Shown: positions 1-7,738 of the stretch, piece by piece | Layout: the number at the start of each line of letters is the position of its first letter | Numbering within the stretch: the stretch's first letter is position 1 | Source: Clostridia bacterium | GTDB lineage: Bacteria; Bacillota; Clostridia; TANB77; UBA1234 | Direction: 5' to 3' | DNA length: 15,166 bases | Assembly (NCBI GenBank): GCA_017469465.1 | Contig: JAFUGH010000002.1 | Location: forward strand, 1-15,166 | Made by a program: the position numbers and the translations under genes | Notes under the pieces: model-generated | The model's input: only the letters and a program-made list of their open reading frames with translations | Databases searched by the model: none | What the model was told of the DNA's origin: nothing

Positions 1-318
1 ATATTTTCTTCTACATTTAAAATGGGAATCAAATTATAAAATTGATATATTAACCCCACTTGTCTTCTCCTAAAAATAGCAAGTTTATCATCATTCAATT
101 CATAAATATCTTTTCCATCAATAAAAACTTTTCCGGCTAGTTGGTCTATCCACGCCTCCAATTAAATGTAATAAAGTGGACTTACCACTTCCAGACGCCC
201 CAACAATAGCAACAAACTCTCCTTTTTCTACTGAAAAAGAAACATTGTCTAACGCCACTACTTTTGCGTTATCCTTACCATAAACTTTTGTTAAATTTTC
301 AACTCTTAATATTTCCAT
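1..318 (-). CDS. ABC transporter ATP-binding protein (MacB/LolD/BceA-like exporter ATPase). C-terminus runs off the window start. Interrupted by a +1 frameshift at in-frame CGG 133..135.
   Basis: ATG at 316..318 follows AAGGAG. The N-terminus [15 protein letters not shown]...[29 protein letters not shown] contains Walker A. The zero frame then reads CGG AAA AGT TTT TAT TGA. Skipping the C at 135 gives [44 protein letters not shown], typical of this ATPase family, open to position 1. Confidence 0.85.
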
Positions 319-359
319 CTAAAAAACTCCTTTCTTCTTAGTAAAATATATAACATTCA

Positions 360-378
360 AAGTTACAGGTAAGTTACA
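360..378 (-). promoter_or_regulatory. Candidate response-regulator box: two direct AAGTTACA repeats 11 bp apart, overlapping the -35 position of the ABC ATPase promoter.
   Basis: AAGTTACA occurs at 360..367 and 371..378 (minus sense TGTAACTT-acc-TGTAACTT). An AT-rich -10-like TATATA/TATATT lies at about 343..352, and the ATG is at 318. One-helical-turn phasing is typical of OmpR-family binding sites. The cognate regulator is unknown. Confidence 0.3.
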
Positions 379-441
379 ATTTAAAATTTTGTATTACTTG
401 TACTAATACAGATATATTATAATATTTTCTTTTTGTCAATA

Positions 442-478
442 AATCGTGGTCGAAATCTTTGATTTCGTTTCCACGATT
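442..478. other. Imperfect nested inverted repeat (AATCGTGG-TCGAAATC...GATTTCG-ttt-CCACGATT) between the vanX-like terminator and the ABC promoter.
   Basis: Arms at 442..449/471..478 and 450..457/461..467 are read directly from the sequence. There is no clear U-tract. It could be a second terminator, an attenuator or a protein-binding site. Confidence 0.3.
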
Positions 479-491
479 ATATGGGTTTCCT

Positions 492-535
492 AGAAAAAGC
501 ACATACTAGACTTTTATTTAAGTCTAATATGTGCT
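492..535 (-). terminator. Rho-independent terminator downstream of the VanX-like gene.
   Basis: A 15-bp stem joins AGCACATACTAGACT (498..512) to AGTCTAATATGTGCT (521..535) with one mismatch and an 8-nt loop. In minus sense it is followed by TTTTTCT. It starts 16 nt after the stop at 551. Confidence 0.7.
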
Positions 536-550
536 TATATCATTTTTTGG

Positions 551-1339
551 TCATTTTACTACTTCATAGCTTGTTTTATCAGAAAAGTGCCACCACTCTC
601 CAAAATAAGCATTAAATCCATTTTTCTTCATTATATTTTCTAATAAAATTGCATTTTCTTTTGCTTCTTCTGAAACATCACTATAATCTCGATCTGCAAT
701 TTTAGTAAACTCATCAAAGTCTGAAGGCATTTCTATATCTGTTCCATCTAATTTAACTATGCTTAAATCTATTGTATTTCCTCTGCTATGACTTGAATAT
801 CCATTGTTTGGATTTGCTACATAAGTTGGATTCGGACAAACTTCCCATAATCTAAATTGTGCATCTACTGGTCTATAAGCATCCCATATTAGCAAACTAT
901 ATCCCATATTATTTAGTTCTTCTTGCACTTTTATTATTTTTTTTAGAGTTCCATATCTTAAATATGCCTCATCATTTTCATAAATAACAACACCTGTAAA
1001 ATTGTCCGTTGTTGCATATTTCAAATCAATAAAAATATTGGGTATGTAATCAATTATTTTCACTAAATCTTCATCTTTAGGCTCGTTCTTTGTTTCTATT
1101 GAATTTTCAGTTTTATTTGACGGATTGAGCATATCATTTTTATTTTCTCCTGAATCAATATTATTCATTTCAACTTCAATTTTATCAAATATTTTTTCTC
1201 TTTCTCCACTTTCTTCCTTTATATCTTTTACTTCATTCGTTGATTTTTCATTATACTTATTTTCTAAATGATTACTACATCCAGTTAGTATAATTACAAA
1301 AAAGTAACTTAATAAACAACACATAAACATTTTTTTCAT
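551..1339 (-). CDS. VanX-family (M15) D-alanyl-D-alanine dipeptidase with a lipoprotein signal peptide and a low-complexity linker.
   Basis: Family motifs are present: IDLKYATTDNFTG, WDAYRP, SSHSRGNTIDL (the SxHxxGxAxD-type zinc site) and GEWWHF. ATG 1337..1339 follows GGAGG and gives MKKMFMCCLLSYFFVIILTGC with an LTGC lipobox. About 90 aa of N/E/K-rich linker follow. The longer ORF start at 1417 has no RBS. Confidence 0.85.
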   Translation of the reverse strand: MKKMFMCCLLSYFFVIILTGCSNHLENKYNEKSTNEVKDIKEESGEREKIFDKIEVEMNNIDSGENKNDMLNPSNKTENSIETKNEPKDEDLVKIIDYIPNIFIDLKYATTDNFTGVVIYENDEAYLRYGTLKKIIKVQEELNNMGYSLLIWDAYRPVDAQFRLWEVCPNPTYVANPNNGYSSHSRGNTIDLSIVKLDGTDIEMPSDFDEFTKIADRDYSDVSEEAKENAILLENIMKKNGFNAYFGEWWHFSDKTSYEVVK

Positions 1340-1463
1340 ATCTCTTAAACCTCCAACTTTCAAATATTTATGTTTTTTAATATAAAGATAGAATGCTATC
1401 AAAAATCCTTCTCCCACATTATTATGCTAGATGATATTTCATTAATTAAATAGACTATTTTTT

Positions 1464-4334
1464 CTAATTTGAAGCAATTTCAAATCCAACTACTCCAATT
1501 CCACCTTCTAAAGTATAGATATCATCCACATCTTTTGTGTTGATATACTGATTCTCCATACTAGTGAATATTCTTATATAATTGATGTCATCCTTTACCA
1601 TTCCAAAAGCAGCAGAATTTTTACTAATCACAGATGCTTCTCTTGCTCCTGCATTCACTATTTTTATTTTAGAATCTGGTGAACATACATAAATAGGATA
1701 TTGTATAGTAAAACTGCCATCAGCATATTCATATTTTTCCATTTTCTTTTCTATCACATTTGTAATTTGAATTTCAAATCCATTAAATGAAGTAAAAGTT
1801 TCTTCATTCACAACATTACTTTCATTGGTATCTGTAAATTTAAATTTCGTAGCACCATATCGTGTAGCATATTCAATATTTTCTCCTGTTAAATTTTGAA
1901 ATGCCATTTTCACTTCTTTTGCATTTCCTATATAAGAAGTAAGCCAGGTATCATATTCGTCATTATCATAATACTCTTCTACACCACCATCTCCTAAAGA
2001 GATTAAATATACTAACCCATCATTATTTTTGTCAATGTCATCTGGGAAAAGCGTACCATCAAATTGACGTTCTGCTAATGATTTATCCCACGCGTCAACT
2101 TGAGAAATTATTTCATAGCTATCTTCTTTTTCATTATACCTATATAAATTATATGGCCAAAGCTTATCTCCCGCATATCCATGATTATGTGACCAATCTG
2201 CCATCAAAATTCCATTATCGTAAAAAGTAATGTATGGAGTTTCTATAAGTTCATTTTTCCATTCGTGGTTTTGGACATCATATTCATAAATCAATTTCAT
2301 CATTCCTGCTATAACCTGTGGGTTATGAGAAATAATTAATTCATCAATTCCGTCATTATCAACATCACAAATAGCAAACTTATCGTACTGAATATCAGCT
2401 TCACTATCTGCCACTTTCGTTCCATCTATTAATTCACCATTGTAATATAAATCTCTTAATGCCTTTTCGTAGTAATACATTCTCTCTCTTTCTTCTTCAT
2501 TCCACTCAGCTTTTTCTATTGTAATTCCTCTCACAACGGGATAAAAACCATATTTCTCATAAGAATCATTCAAAAGTTCATATAATTTTTCTTTACTAAT
2601 ATTCTTCAAATCATTTTCATTATTGGTAATCCATTCGATCTTTAATAATCGATTTTCATATCCGCTAAAAGTTATTTTTCCAATATTATCATAGTTGCTT
2701 TCGCTGATCGTTTCTCCATTTGGAAGTGCATAACTAATTTTAGGTTCAGTATATGTTTCTCCTGCATCACTATAAACAGCATCTCTCATCGCTAAATATT
2801 TTTCTGTAATTTTACCATCCTTTAAAATGAAATCACGTTTACTATCAAGATATTCAGTAGCACTAACTTTAATCCAATCATTAAGAACATAGTGATATGT
2901 ATTATTTTCAGCATCATAGTAAGTATCAAAATCTGAACCTACTATATCTACATCAGAATCACCCTCTATTAAATTAGATTCACACAAATTTAATCCATCA
3001 AACTTTTCGTTTACTTCAAAAATTCTATTGTATGTGTATCCTCCTGTTCCACCATAAGAGGCACTAATGATTTCTAATCTACCATTAAAGTCTAAATCTG
3101 TAATGGCATATCCCACTCCATCCAATTCAAAATCATTTTTCCAAAGTTCAACATTATCTATGATTACTTGTAATTGTTTTTCAACCTCAACTACCTGATT
3201 TTCTTCTCCATGATTTATCTCATTGTTAGATGTTTGGCTATTCTCTTTTCTATTGGTCAAGCAAATACACGCAATCACAATACATATGACAATCGCAACA
3301 ATTGAAATAGCAATTCCACTCTTTTTAGAATGAATCATATTTTTCACTCTTCTTTCCGTATTATTATCACTAAACGCAATGGGACATGGTACTAAATTAT
3401 TCATCTTTTTAGAGGATAAATTGATTAAGCTAGCCATATATCCCTCTTTTTCATCCTCACCTAAAATTTTTACTGTTTCTTCATCACAAAGCATTTCCAT
3501 ATCATCTACGAATAGTTTAAAAAATAAGTGAACAAATGGATTTACCCAATGCACGGATAAAATGAAGAATGCTACCACTTTCCACAAATAATCTTTTCTC
3601 TTGATATGTACGCTTTCGTGAGTCAATATATACTTTTTATCATCTTCATTTACATTTGGAGTTAAATATATTTGAGGTCTTATTATTCCTACCACACATG
3701 GCGTTGGAATCATGTCTGTTTCATAGTAATTTTCCTTTCCCTTTATTGCAAACATGACACTTCTTTTTAATTTGACGTAAGAGAACAAGGAATAAGCTAT
3801 CATACCTATTGTTCCAAATATCCATACTACCATCAGAATAATTGACACGTTAAACAGATTTATTTCTTTTTGCCCTGTAGTGTTCGTAAGATTTTTAGCA
3901 CTATTGAAAGGCTGAATTTGTCTATTGGTTGTCTGGTTTGTTTGAGTTTCTTTTTCTATATAATTTGGCATATTCTGATTTTGAGCTATTTCTTCTATAG
4001 TTGTAGGAAATATACTATTTGCATTTTCATTTTCAAAATCATTGTTCTGATTCCTTGTAAAATTAAAATTGGTATCATGATTGGTTAAAACGTCAGTTTG
4101 CTGATTTCCCGTTTGTTCTATAGAAAATGGACTATACAAATTAAACAAACTCAAATTACTTTCAAAAAACACAGGATTTACAAATCTAAGTGCAATAATA
4201 ATCCATAGTAAAAACAAAATCTTCCTAGGTGCTCCCAGTTTCTTTAATATATATTTGAAAATCAAGACAACTATAGCAACACAAGTTGCCATGAAATTTA
4301 TTTTCAAAAGTGTGAAAAACAAATTTGAAAGCAT
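1464..4334 (-). CDS. BlaR1/MecR1-family M56 zinc-metalloprotease signal transducer with a C-terminal extracytoplasmic domain of roughly 590 aa that is not a PBP.
   Basis: The HExxH motif HESVHIKRKDYLWK and the downstream EMLCDEE motif are typical of M56. There are N-terminal TM helices plus a further TM (IAISIVAIVICIVIACICL). The C-terminal region has no SxxK/transpeptidase signature. It contains DxDxDG-like motifs (DLDFNGRLEII, DVDNDGIDELI, DKNNDGLVYLI). The RBS GGGGG lies 7 nt before ATG 4334. Confidence 0.85.
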   Translation of the reverse strand: MLSNLFFTLLKINFMATCVAIVVLIFKYILKKLGAPRKILFLLWIIIALRFVNPVFFESNLSLFNLYSPFSIEQTGNQQTDVLTNHDTNFNFTRNQNNDFENENANSIFPTTIEEIAQNQNMPNYIEKETQTNQTTNRQIQPFNSAKNLTNTTGQKEINLFNVSIILMVVWIFGTIGMIAYSLFSYVKLKRSVMFAIKGKENYYETDMIPTPCVVGIIRPQIYLTPNVNEDDKKYILTHESVHIKRKDYLWKVVAFFILSVHWVNPFVHLFFKLFVDDMEMLCDEETVKILGEDEKEGYMASLINLSSKKMNNLVPCPIAFSDNNTERRVKNMIHSKKSGIAISIVAIVICIVIACICLTNRKENSQTSNNEINHGEENQVVEVEKQLQVIIDNVELWKNDFELDGVGYAITDLDFNGRLEIISASYGGTGGYTYNRIFEVNEKFDGLNLCESNLIEGDSDVDIVGSDFDTYYDAENNTYHYVLNDWIKVSATEYLDSKRDFILKDGKITEKYLAMRDAVYSDAGETYTEPKISYALPNGETISESNYDNIGKITFSGYENRLLKIEWITNNENDLKNISKEKLYELLNDSYEKYGFYPVVRGITIEKAEWNEEERERMYYYEKALRDLYYNGELIDGTKVADSEADIQYDKFAICDVDNDGIDELIISHNPQVIAGMMKLIYEYDVQNHEWKNELIETPYITFYDNGILMADWSHNHGYAGDKLWPYNLYRYNEKEDSYEIISQVDAWDKSLAERQFDGTLFPDDIDKNNDGLVYLISLGDGGVEEYYDNDEYDTWLTSYIGNAKEVKMAFQNLTGENIEYATRYGATKFKFTDTNESNVVNEETFTSFNGFEIQITNVIEKKMEKYEYADGSFTIQYPIYVCSPDSKIKIVNAGAREASVISKNSAAFGMVKDDINYIRIFTSMENQYINTKDVDDIYTLEGGIGVVGFEIASN

Positions 4335-4357
4335 TTCATTTCCCCCTTTTAGAACAA

Positions 4358-4717
4358 TTACTTTTTCGAATCACTAATCAGTTTTTTTATCTTTTTAATT
4401 TCCTCTTCATCTAACTTATTATCAGTTGTAAATGCTGCAATAAAAGAGTATAACGAACCTGCAAAATTCTTTTCTACAAAATCCTTACTTTCATTTTTCT
4501 GCACTTCTTCTCTACTAATTAAACTAGAAACAATTTTCTTTTCATTTTGAGCATATCCTTTTTGAATTAATCTTTTTAACATGGTGTAAGTAGTGGTTCT
4601 CTGCCAACTCAATTCATTGAAACATATTTCAGAAAGCTCTCTTGAGGTTAACGGTTCATTATCCCAAATAATTTGCATCACTCTGTACTCTGCATCAAAT
4701 AGCTTCACATACTCCAT
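4358..4717 (-). CDS. BlaI/MecI/CopY-family winged-helix transcriptional repressor.
   Basis: MEYVKLFDAEYRVMQIIW...TTTYTMLKRLIQKGY...EKNFAGSLYSFIAAFT matches the Penicillinase_R fold, and the conserved N-F lies where BlaI is cleaved. ATG 4715..4717 follows AAGGGGG. The ORF-track start at 4756 overlaps the operator palindrome and lacks an RBS. Confidence 0.85.
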   Translation of the reverse strand: MEYVKLFDAEYRVMQIIWDNEPLTSRELSEICFNELSWQRTTTYTMLKRLIQKGYAQNEKKIVSSLISREEVQKNESKDFVEKNFAGSLYSFIAAFTTDNKLDEEEIKKIKKLISDSKK

Positions 4718-4736
4718 ATAGTACCCCCTTTTCATT

Positions 4737-4789
4737 TTGTCTATTTTATTAGACAATTTTATTCTAACACGTTAGACAAAACTTGTCAA
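4737..4789 (-). promoter_or_regulatory. Sigma-A-type promoter and operator of blaI/blaR pair 1.
   Basis: In minus sense: TTGACA (4784..4789), a 17-nt spacer, then TGtTAGAAT (-10 at 4761..4766). The palindrome TTGTCTA-N6-TAGACAA at 4737..4756 lies just downstream of the -10. A TTTTGTCTAA half-site sits in the spacer. Confidence 0.55.
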
Positions 4790-4830
4790 TAAAATGATTT
4801 TTAGAATTTTTCGTATTCTTAATATTTTTA

Positions 4831-4892
4831 GGGACCCCTTCCAAAAACATCACCCCATTTTTGATGTTTTCGGAAGGTGTCCCCAAATGCAT
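4831..4892. repeat. Palindromic intergenic repeat, copy 1 (GGGACCCCTTCCAAAAACATCA / TGATGTTTTCGGAAGGTGTCCCC + AAATGCAT tail).
   Basis: Arms lie at 4831..4853 and 4862..4884. It is near-identical to the copies at 5853..5915 and 8195..8296. It sits between the sdpI-like stop (4915) and the blaI-1 promoter. Confidence 0.9.
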
Positions 4893-4914
4893 GCAAATAA
4901 TTTAACATTTATCT

Positions 4915-5463
4915 CTATACCCATATAATTGCTATTAGTAAAGCAATACCAACACCAATAAAACCATACCCCATCATTCTACTCATTCTTCTAAATGATT
5001 TTTCCGTTTTTGGAATTGGATGAAATATTTTTTTCCCTGTTTCATAATTCATTTTAGGCATATAGTTTCCAATGACTGAAAATAATATTCCTAATATCAA
5101 ACATACACTTTTTCCAACATAAACATCGCTACCTAATGGAACTTCTATCATAATGATATATACCAATACTGTGACAATTGGAATAAACCATTCTATTATT
5201 TTAACAATTTTAGGTTTTTCGTTATTTTGCAATTGATTAACTTTTGTTGTAGATATGATGCATATTGCTTGTATAACAGCCATAATAACTGGTATTCCAA
5301 ATAATGCAAAATTCTTTGGTGCATAATTATCTGGTACATCATTTATCGTAAAATGAATTGGCATTTGATCTGGCAATCTATTATATAACGCAATACCTAA
5401 TACTATTGGTAATAAACATGTAATTACACTTAAAATTAGTGTTCTTTTATTATTCTTTTCCAT
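4915..5463 (-). CDS. SdpI/DUF1648-family polytopic membrane protein (immunity/signal-transducer-like).
   Basis: The N-terminus LPDQMPIHFTINDVPDNYAPKNF resembles the DUF1648 motif. There are four predicted TM helices. It overlaps the upstream ArsR/SdpR-like gene by 14 nt, as in sdpR-sdpI operons. Confidence 0.65.
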   Translation of the reverse strand: MEKNNKRTLILSVITCLLPIVLGIALYNRLPDQMPIHFTINDVPDNYAPKNFALFGIPVIMAVIQAICIISTTKVNQLQNNEKPKIVKIIEWFIPIVTVLVYIIMIEVPLGSDVYVGKSVCLILGILFSVIGNYMPKMNYETGKKIFHPIPKTEKSFRRMSRMMGYGFIGVGIALLIAIIWV

Positions 5464-5737
5464 TCTTATTTCCTCCCAACTTATAAATCCAAACTAAGAC
5501 ATCTTCAAATACAGAACTATTCAATTCATAAAATATAAAGTTTTTCTGCTTTGTTTCCGTTATTAAATTTGCTTTTTTTAAATTTGATAAATGATATGAT
5601 ACAGTTGCCCCTGTTAAATTAAAACTGCTGGATATTTCTCCTGCTGTTTTTCTACCATCTTTTAATAGTTCTAGTATCTCTCTTCTCACAGGATCACTAA
5701 TTGCTTTTAATGTTTCCGACATTCCCAAATGAATCAC
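5450..5737 (-). CDS. ArsR/SmtB-family (SdpR-like autorepressor) transcriptional regulator.
   Basis: LKAISDPVRREILELLKDGRKTAGEISSSFNLTGATVSYHLSNLKKANLI is a canonical ArsR wHTH. The start is uncertain: GTG at 5737 or ATG at 5722 (MSETLKAIS...), with GAGGTG upstream. Confidence 0.85.
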   Translation of the reverse strand: MIHLGMSETLKAISDPVRREILELLKDGRKTAGEISSSFNLTGATVSYHLSNLKKANLITETKQKNFIFYELNSSVFEDVLVWIYKLGGNKNGKE

Positions 5738-5749
5738 CTCACTTATAGG

Positions 5750-5828
5750 TATTTAGATATTTATCTAAATAGATTTTACCACTTTATCATTTCAATTTCA
5801 ATAACTATTTAGATATTTTTCTAAATAG
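5750..5828 (-). promoter_or_regulatory. Two near-identical 23-nt operator-like sites upstream of the sdpR-like gene.
   Basis: TATTTAGATA-tt-TATCTAAATA at 5750..5771 is a perfect 10-bp inverted repeat. CTATTTAGATATTTTTCTAAATAG at 5805..5828 shares TATTTAGATATTT(A/T)TCTAAATAG with one mismatch. The sites are 55 bp apart and lie in the promoter region. Confidence 0.5.
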
Positions 5829-5832
5829 TCAG

Positions 5833-5915
5833 ATGTTTTTGGGGATGTTTTTGGGGACACCTTCCAAAAACATCACCTCATTTTTGATGTTTTCGGAAGG
5901 TGTCCCCAAATGCAT
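5833..5915. repeat. Palindromic intergenic repeat, copy 2, with a tandem 12-nt duplication at its left edge.
   Basis: The left arm GGGGACACCTTCCAAAAACATCA is at 5853..5875 and the right arm TGATGTTTTCGGAAGGTGTCCCC at 5885..5907. The tail AAATGCAT is at 5908..5915. ATGTTTTTGGGG is duplicated at 5833..5844 and 5845..5856. Confidence 0.9.
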
Positions 5916-5926
5916 CCCCCATTTTG

Positions 5927-7738
5927 TTATAAATCTTGTTCTTCCATAGCTTCATCACGGAATACTTCAAATGTAAGCTTATCCATTATTTCATTTTCAT
6001 TATAATAGATAGTTACATACTCATTTTTTTCGGCATTTCCTTTACAATAAGTAATAGCAAAACGATTGTTATTAGCTTCATATCTCGTACTAATTGCATT
6101 TACCCCCCAATTAAAAAAATCTGGTAAATTTAGTTTTTCATCATCAATATAGAACATCAAACTAGAAGGGGAATTAGAAGCATTAAAATTAAGCATATAG
6201 CTCATAAAAATATATACACTTTCGTGTCCATCTCCTCCAAAAGTACAATTACATATTAGTTCGGAAATGCCATCTCCATTGATATCCTTTACGGTATCTC
6301 CTCGTTCTTGTTCTAAGCCGAAACTTGTTGCAAGCAAATATTCCTGATCACCCACTTTTGTATAATAATCCCTTGTATAAAAATGTGGTGCACTTTCCGT
6401 ATCTTTATAATAAGTATTATACCCCATTATATTTTGAAACTCTGTTGCTTGACCTATGATATGATTAATCATATCTTTATCTAGCCACTCTTCCAGTACA
6501 CTTATATCAATTTCGTTGTTGGAATTCCAATAGTATCCTTGATATTCTATTCGTTGTTTGCTCATGATAGAAATAACTTCCACAAGCTGTTCATTACCAT
6601 CATACCATTGAACGATTAATCCGAAACCGTTCCTATTTTTACTGGAATCATCCCTAGTAAACTCAAGAGAATTAAAATCATTTGTAAATTGTTGGATCAT
6701 ATCGATATTATCGATTTCAAATCTTTTACCTGAATAAGAATAAATAACTATTTTCTTCACATCATCTATTTTAAATTTTTTTAGCTTTTCCACTGGTTTG
6801 GTAAAAAAGCAAACACCCACAACAACACAGGATAATAAAGCAATGAAAACAATCCAAAATCTTGGCTTTTTATAATTAAGCACAGCTTTTATTCTATCTT
6901 TAACGCCAACCTCTCCAAAAGCTACAGGACAAGTTCTTATCATCAAATTTGATTTCATTAAACTACAAGATAAAAGTGTTTCAGAATATCCTTTTACATC
7001 CTCTATTTCTAAATTACGGATTACTTTTTCATCCGTAGCAAGTTCTATATCTTTGCTAAATAAATGATAAGAAATCCAAACAAGTGGATTAAACCAATAA
7101 ATTGAAAGAAGAAGAAATCCAAGTGGTTTCCACAAATTATCGTGTCTTGATAAATGTGCCTTTTCGTGTAATAAAACATACATCGTTTCAACTTGACTCA
7201 TATTGGATGGTAAATAAATTTTAGGCTTAATAATGCCAAAAATAAACGGTACTTTGATATCATCACAAATATAAATATTATCTTGAACATTGATAGATGC
7301 ACTTACCATTTTCTTTAATCGAATATAACAAATTGTACCATATAATAAAATTCCAATTGTTCCAACTATCCATATATAGCTAAATATGTTTAAATAATTG
7401 ATATTTTTAGCTGTCAATTGAGTGTCATTCGTTTCTATATTAGTATTAGTTGTAATAACATCCATATTAATGTTATTACCAGTAGTATAAGGTTCGTTAC
7501 CGATTATTATTGGATTTTCCATAATATATTCGGCTGGTACTATCTCATTTCTTGGCATTACACTAAAAGAACTTTCAAAAGAAATGGGACAAATCAAACG
7601 AATAGCGACTAATGCCCATAAAATGCAGTATATGTATTTGGGTGCTTTTTTCATAAGCATTCTTAGTAAGACTACTGCAACAATCAGGAAACTTGCAGAA
7701 ATACTTAATTTTAATAATTCTAAAAAGAGTTGACTCAT
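5927..7738 (-). CDS. BlaR1/MecR1-family M56 metalloprotease signal transducer (paralog 2) with a non-PBP C-terminal domain.
   Basis: It carries HEKAHLSRHDNLWK (HExxH) and IELATDEK, with TM helices at the N-terminus and at about aa 295-315. The C-terminal region of roughly 290 aa lacks SxxK but contains DINGDGISELI...FGGDG. Its start overlaps the blaI-2 stop (TAATG). Confidence 0.85.
   Translation of the reverse strand: MSQLFLELLKLSISASFLIVAVVLLRMLMKKAPKYIYCILWALVAIRLICPISFESSFSVMPRNEIVPAEYIMENPIIIGNEPYTTGNNINMDVITTNTNIETNDTQLTAKNINYLNIFSYIWIVGTIGILLYGTICYIRLKKMVSASINVQDNIYICDDIKVPFIFGIIKPKIYLPSNMSQVETMYVLLHEKAHLSRHDNLWKPLGFLLLSIYWFNPLVWISYHLFSKDIELATDEKVIRNLEIEDVKGYSETLLSCSLMKSNLMIRTCPVAFGEVGVKDRIKAVLNYKKPRFWIVFIALLSCVVVGVCFFTKPVEKLKKFKIDDVKKIVIYSYSGKRFEIDNIDMIQQFTNDFNSLEFTRDDSSKNRNGFGLIVQWYDGNEQLVEVISIMSKQRIEYQGYYWNSNNEIDISVLEEWLDKDMINHIIGQATEFQNIMGYNTYYKDTESAPHFYTRDYYTKVGDQEYLLATSFGLEQERGDTVKDINGDGISELICNCTFGGDGHESVYIFMSYMLNFNASNSPSSLMFYIDDEKLNLPDFFNWGVNAISTRYEANNNRFAITYCKGNAEKNEYVTIYYNENEIMDKLTFEVFRDEAMEEQDL

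Noticed and set aside
1340-1417. The longer N-terminal extension of the VanX-like ORF (MGEGFLIAFYLYIKK...), and likewise the extension of blaI-1 to 4756.
   Set aside because: Neither upstream start has a Shine-Dalgarno sequence. The internal ATGs (1339 and 4717) follow GGAGG and AAGGGGG, and give a proper signal peptide or family N-terminus. The blaI extension would also overlap its own operator.
3870-4088. Plus-strand 72-aa ORF inside the blaR1-like gene. The same reasoning applies to the antisense or overlapping ORFs at 5936..6127, 7418..7612, 7575..7757, 9250..9450, 9434..9718, 9786..9974, 10376..10672, 10381..10569, 10894..11340, 11473..11658, 13211..13438, 13442..13921 and 13799..13984.
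   Set aside because: All lie within or antisense to long genes with clear family homology. Their translations are low-complexity I/F/L/S-rich strings, typical of the wrong frame in AT-rich DNA. None has an RBS or recognisable motifs.
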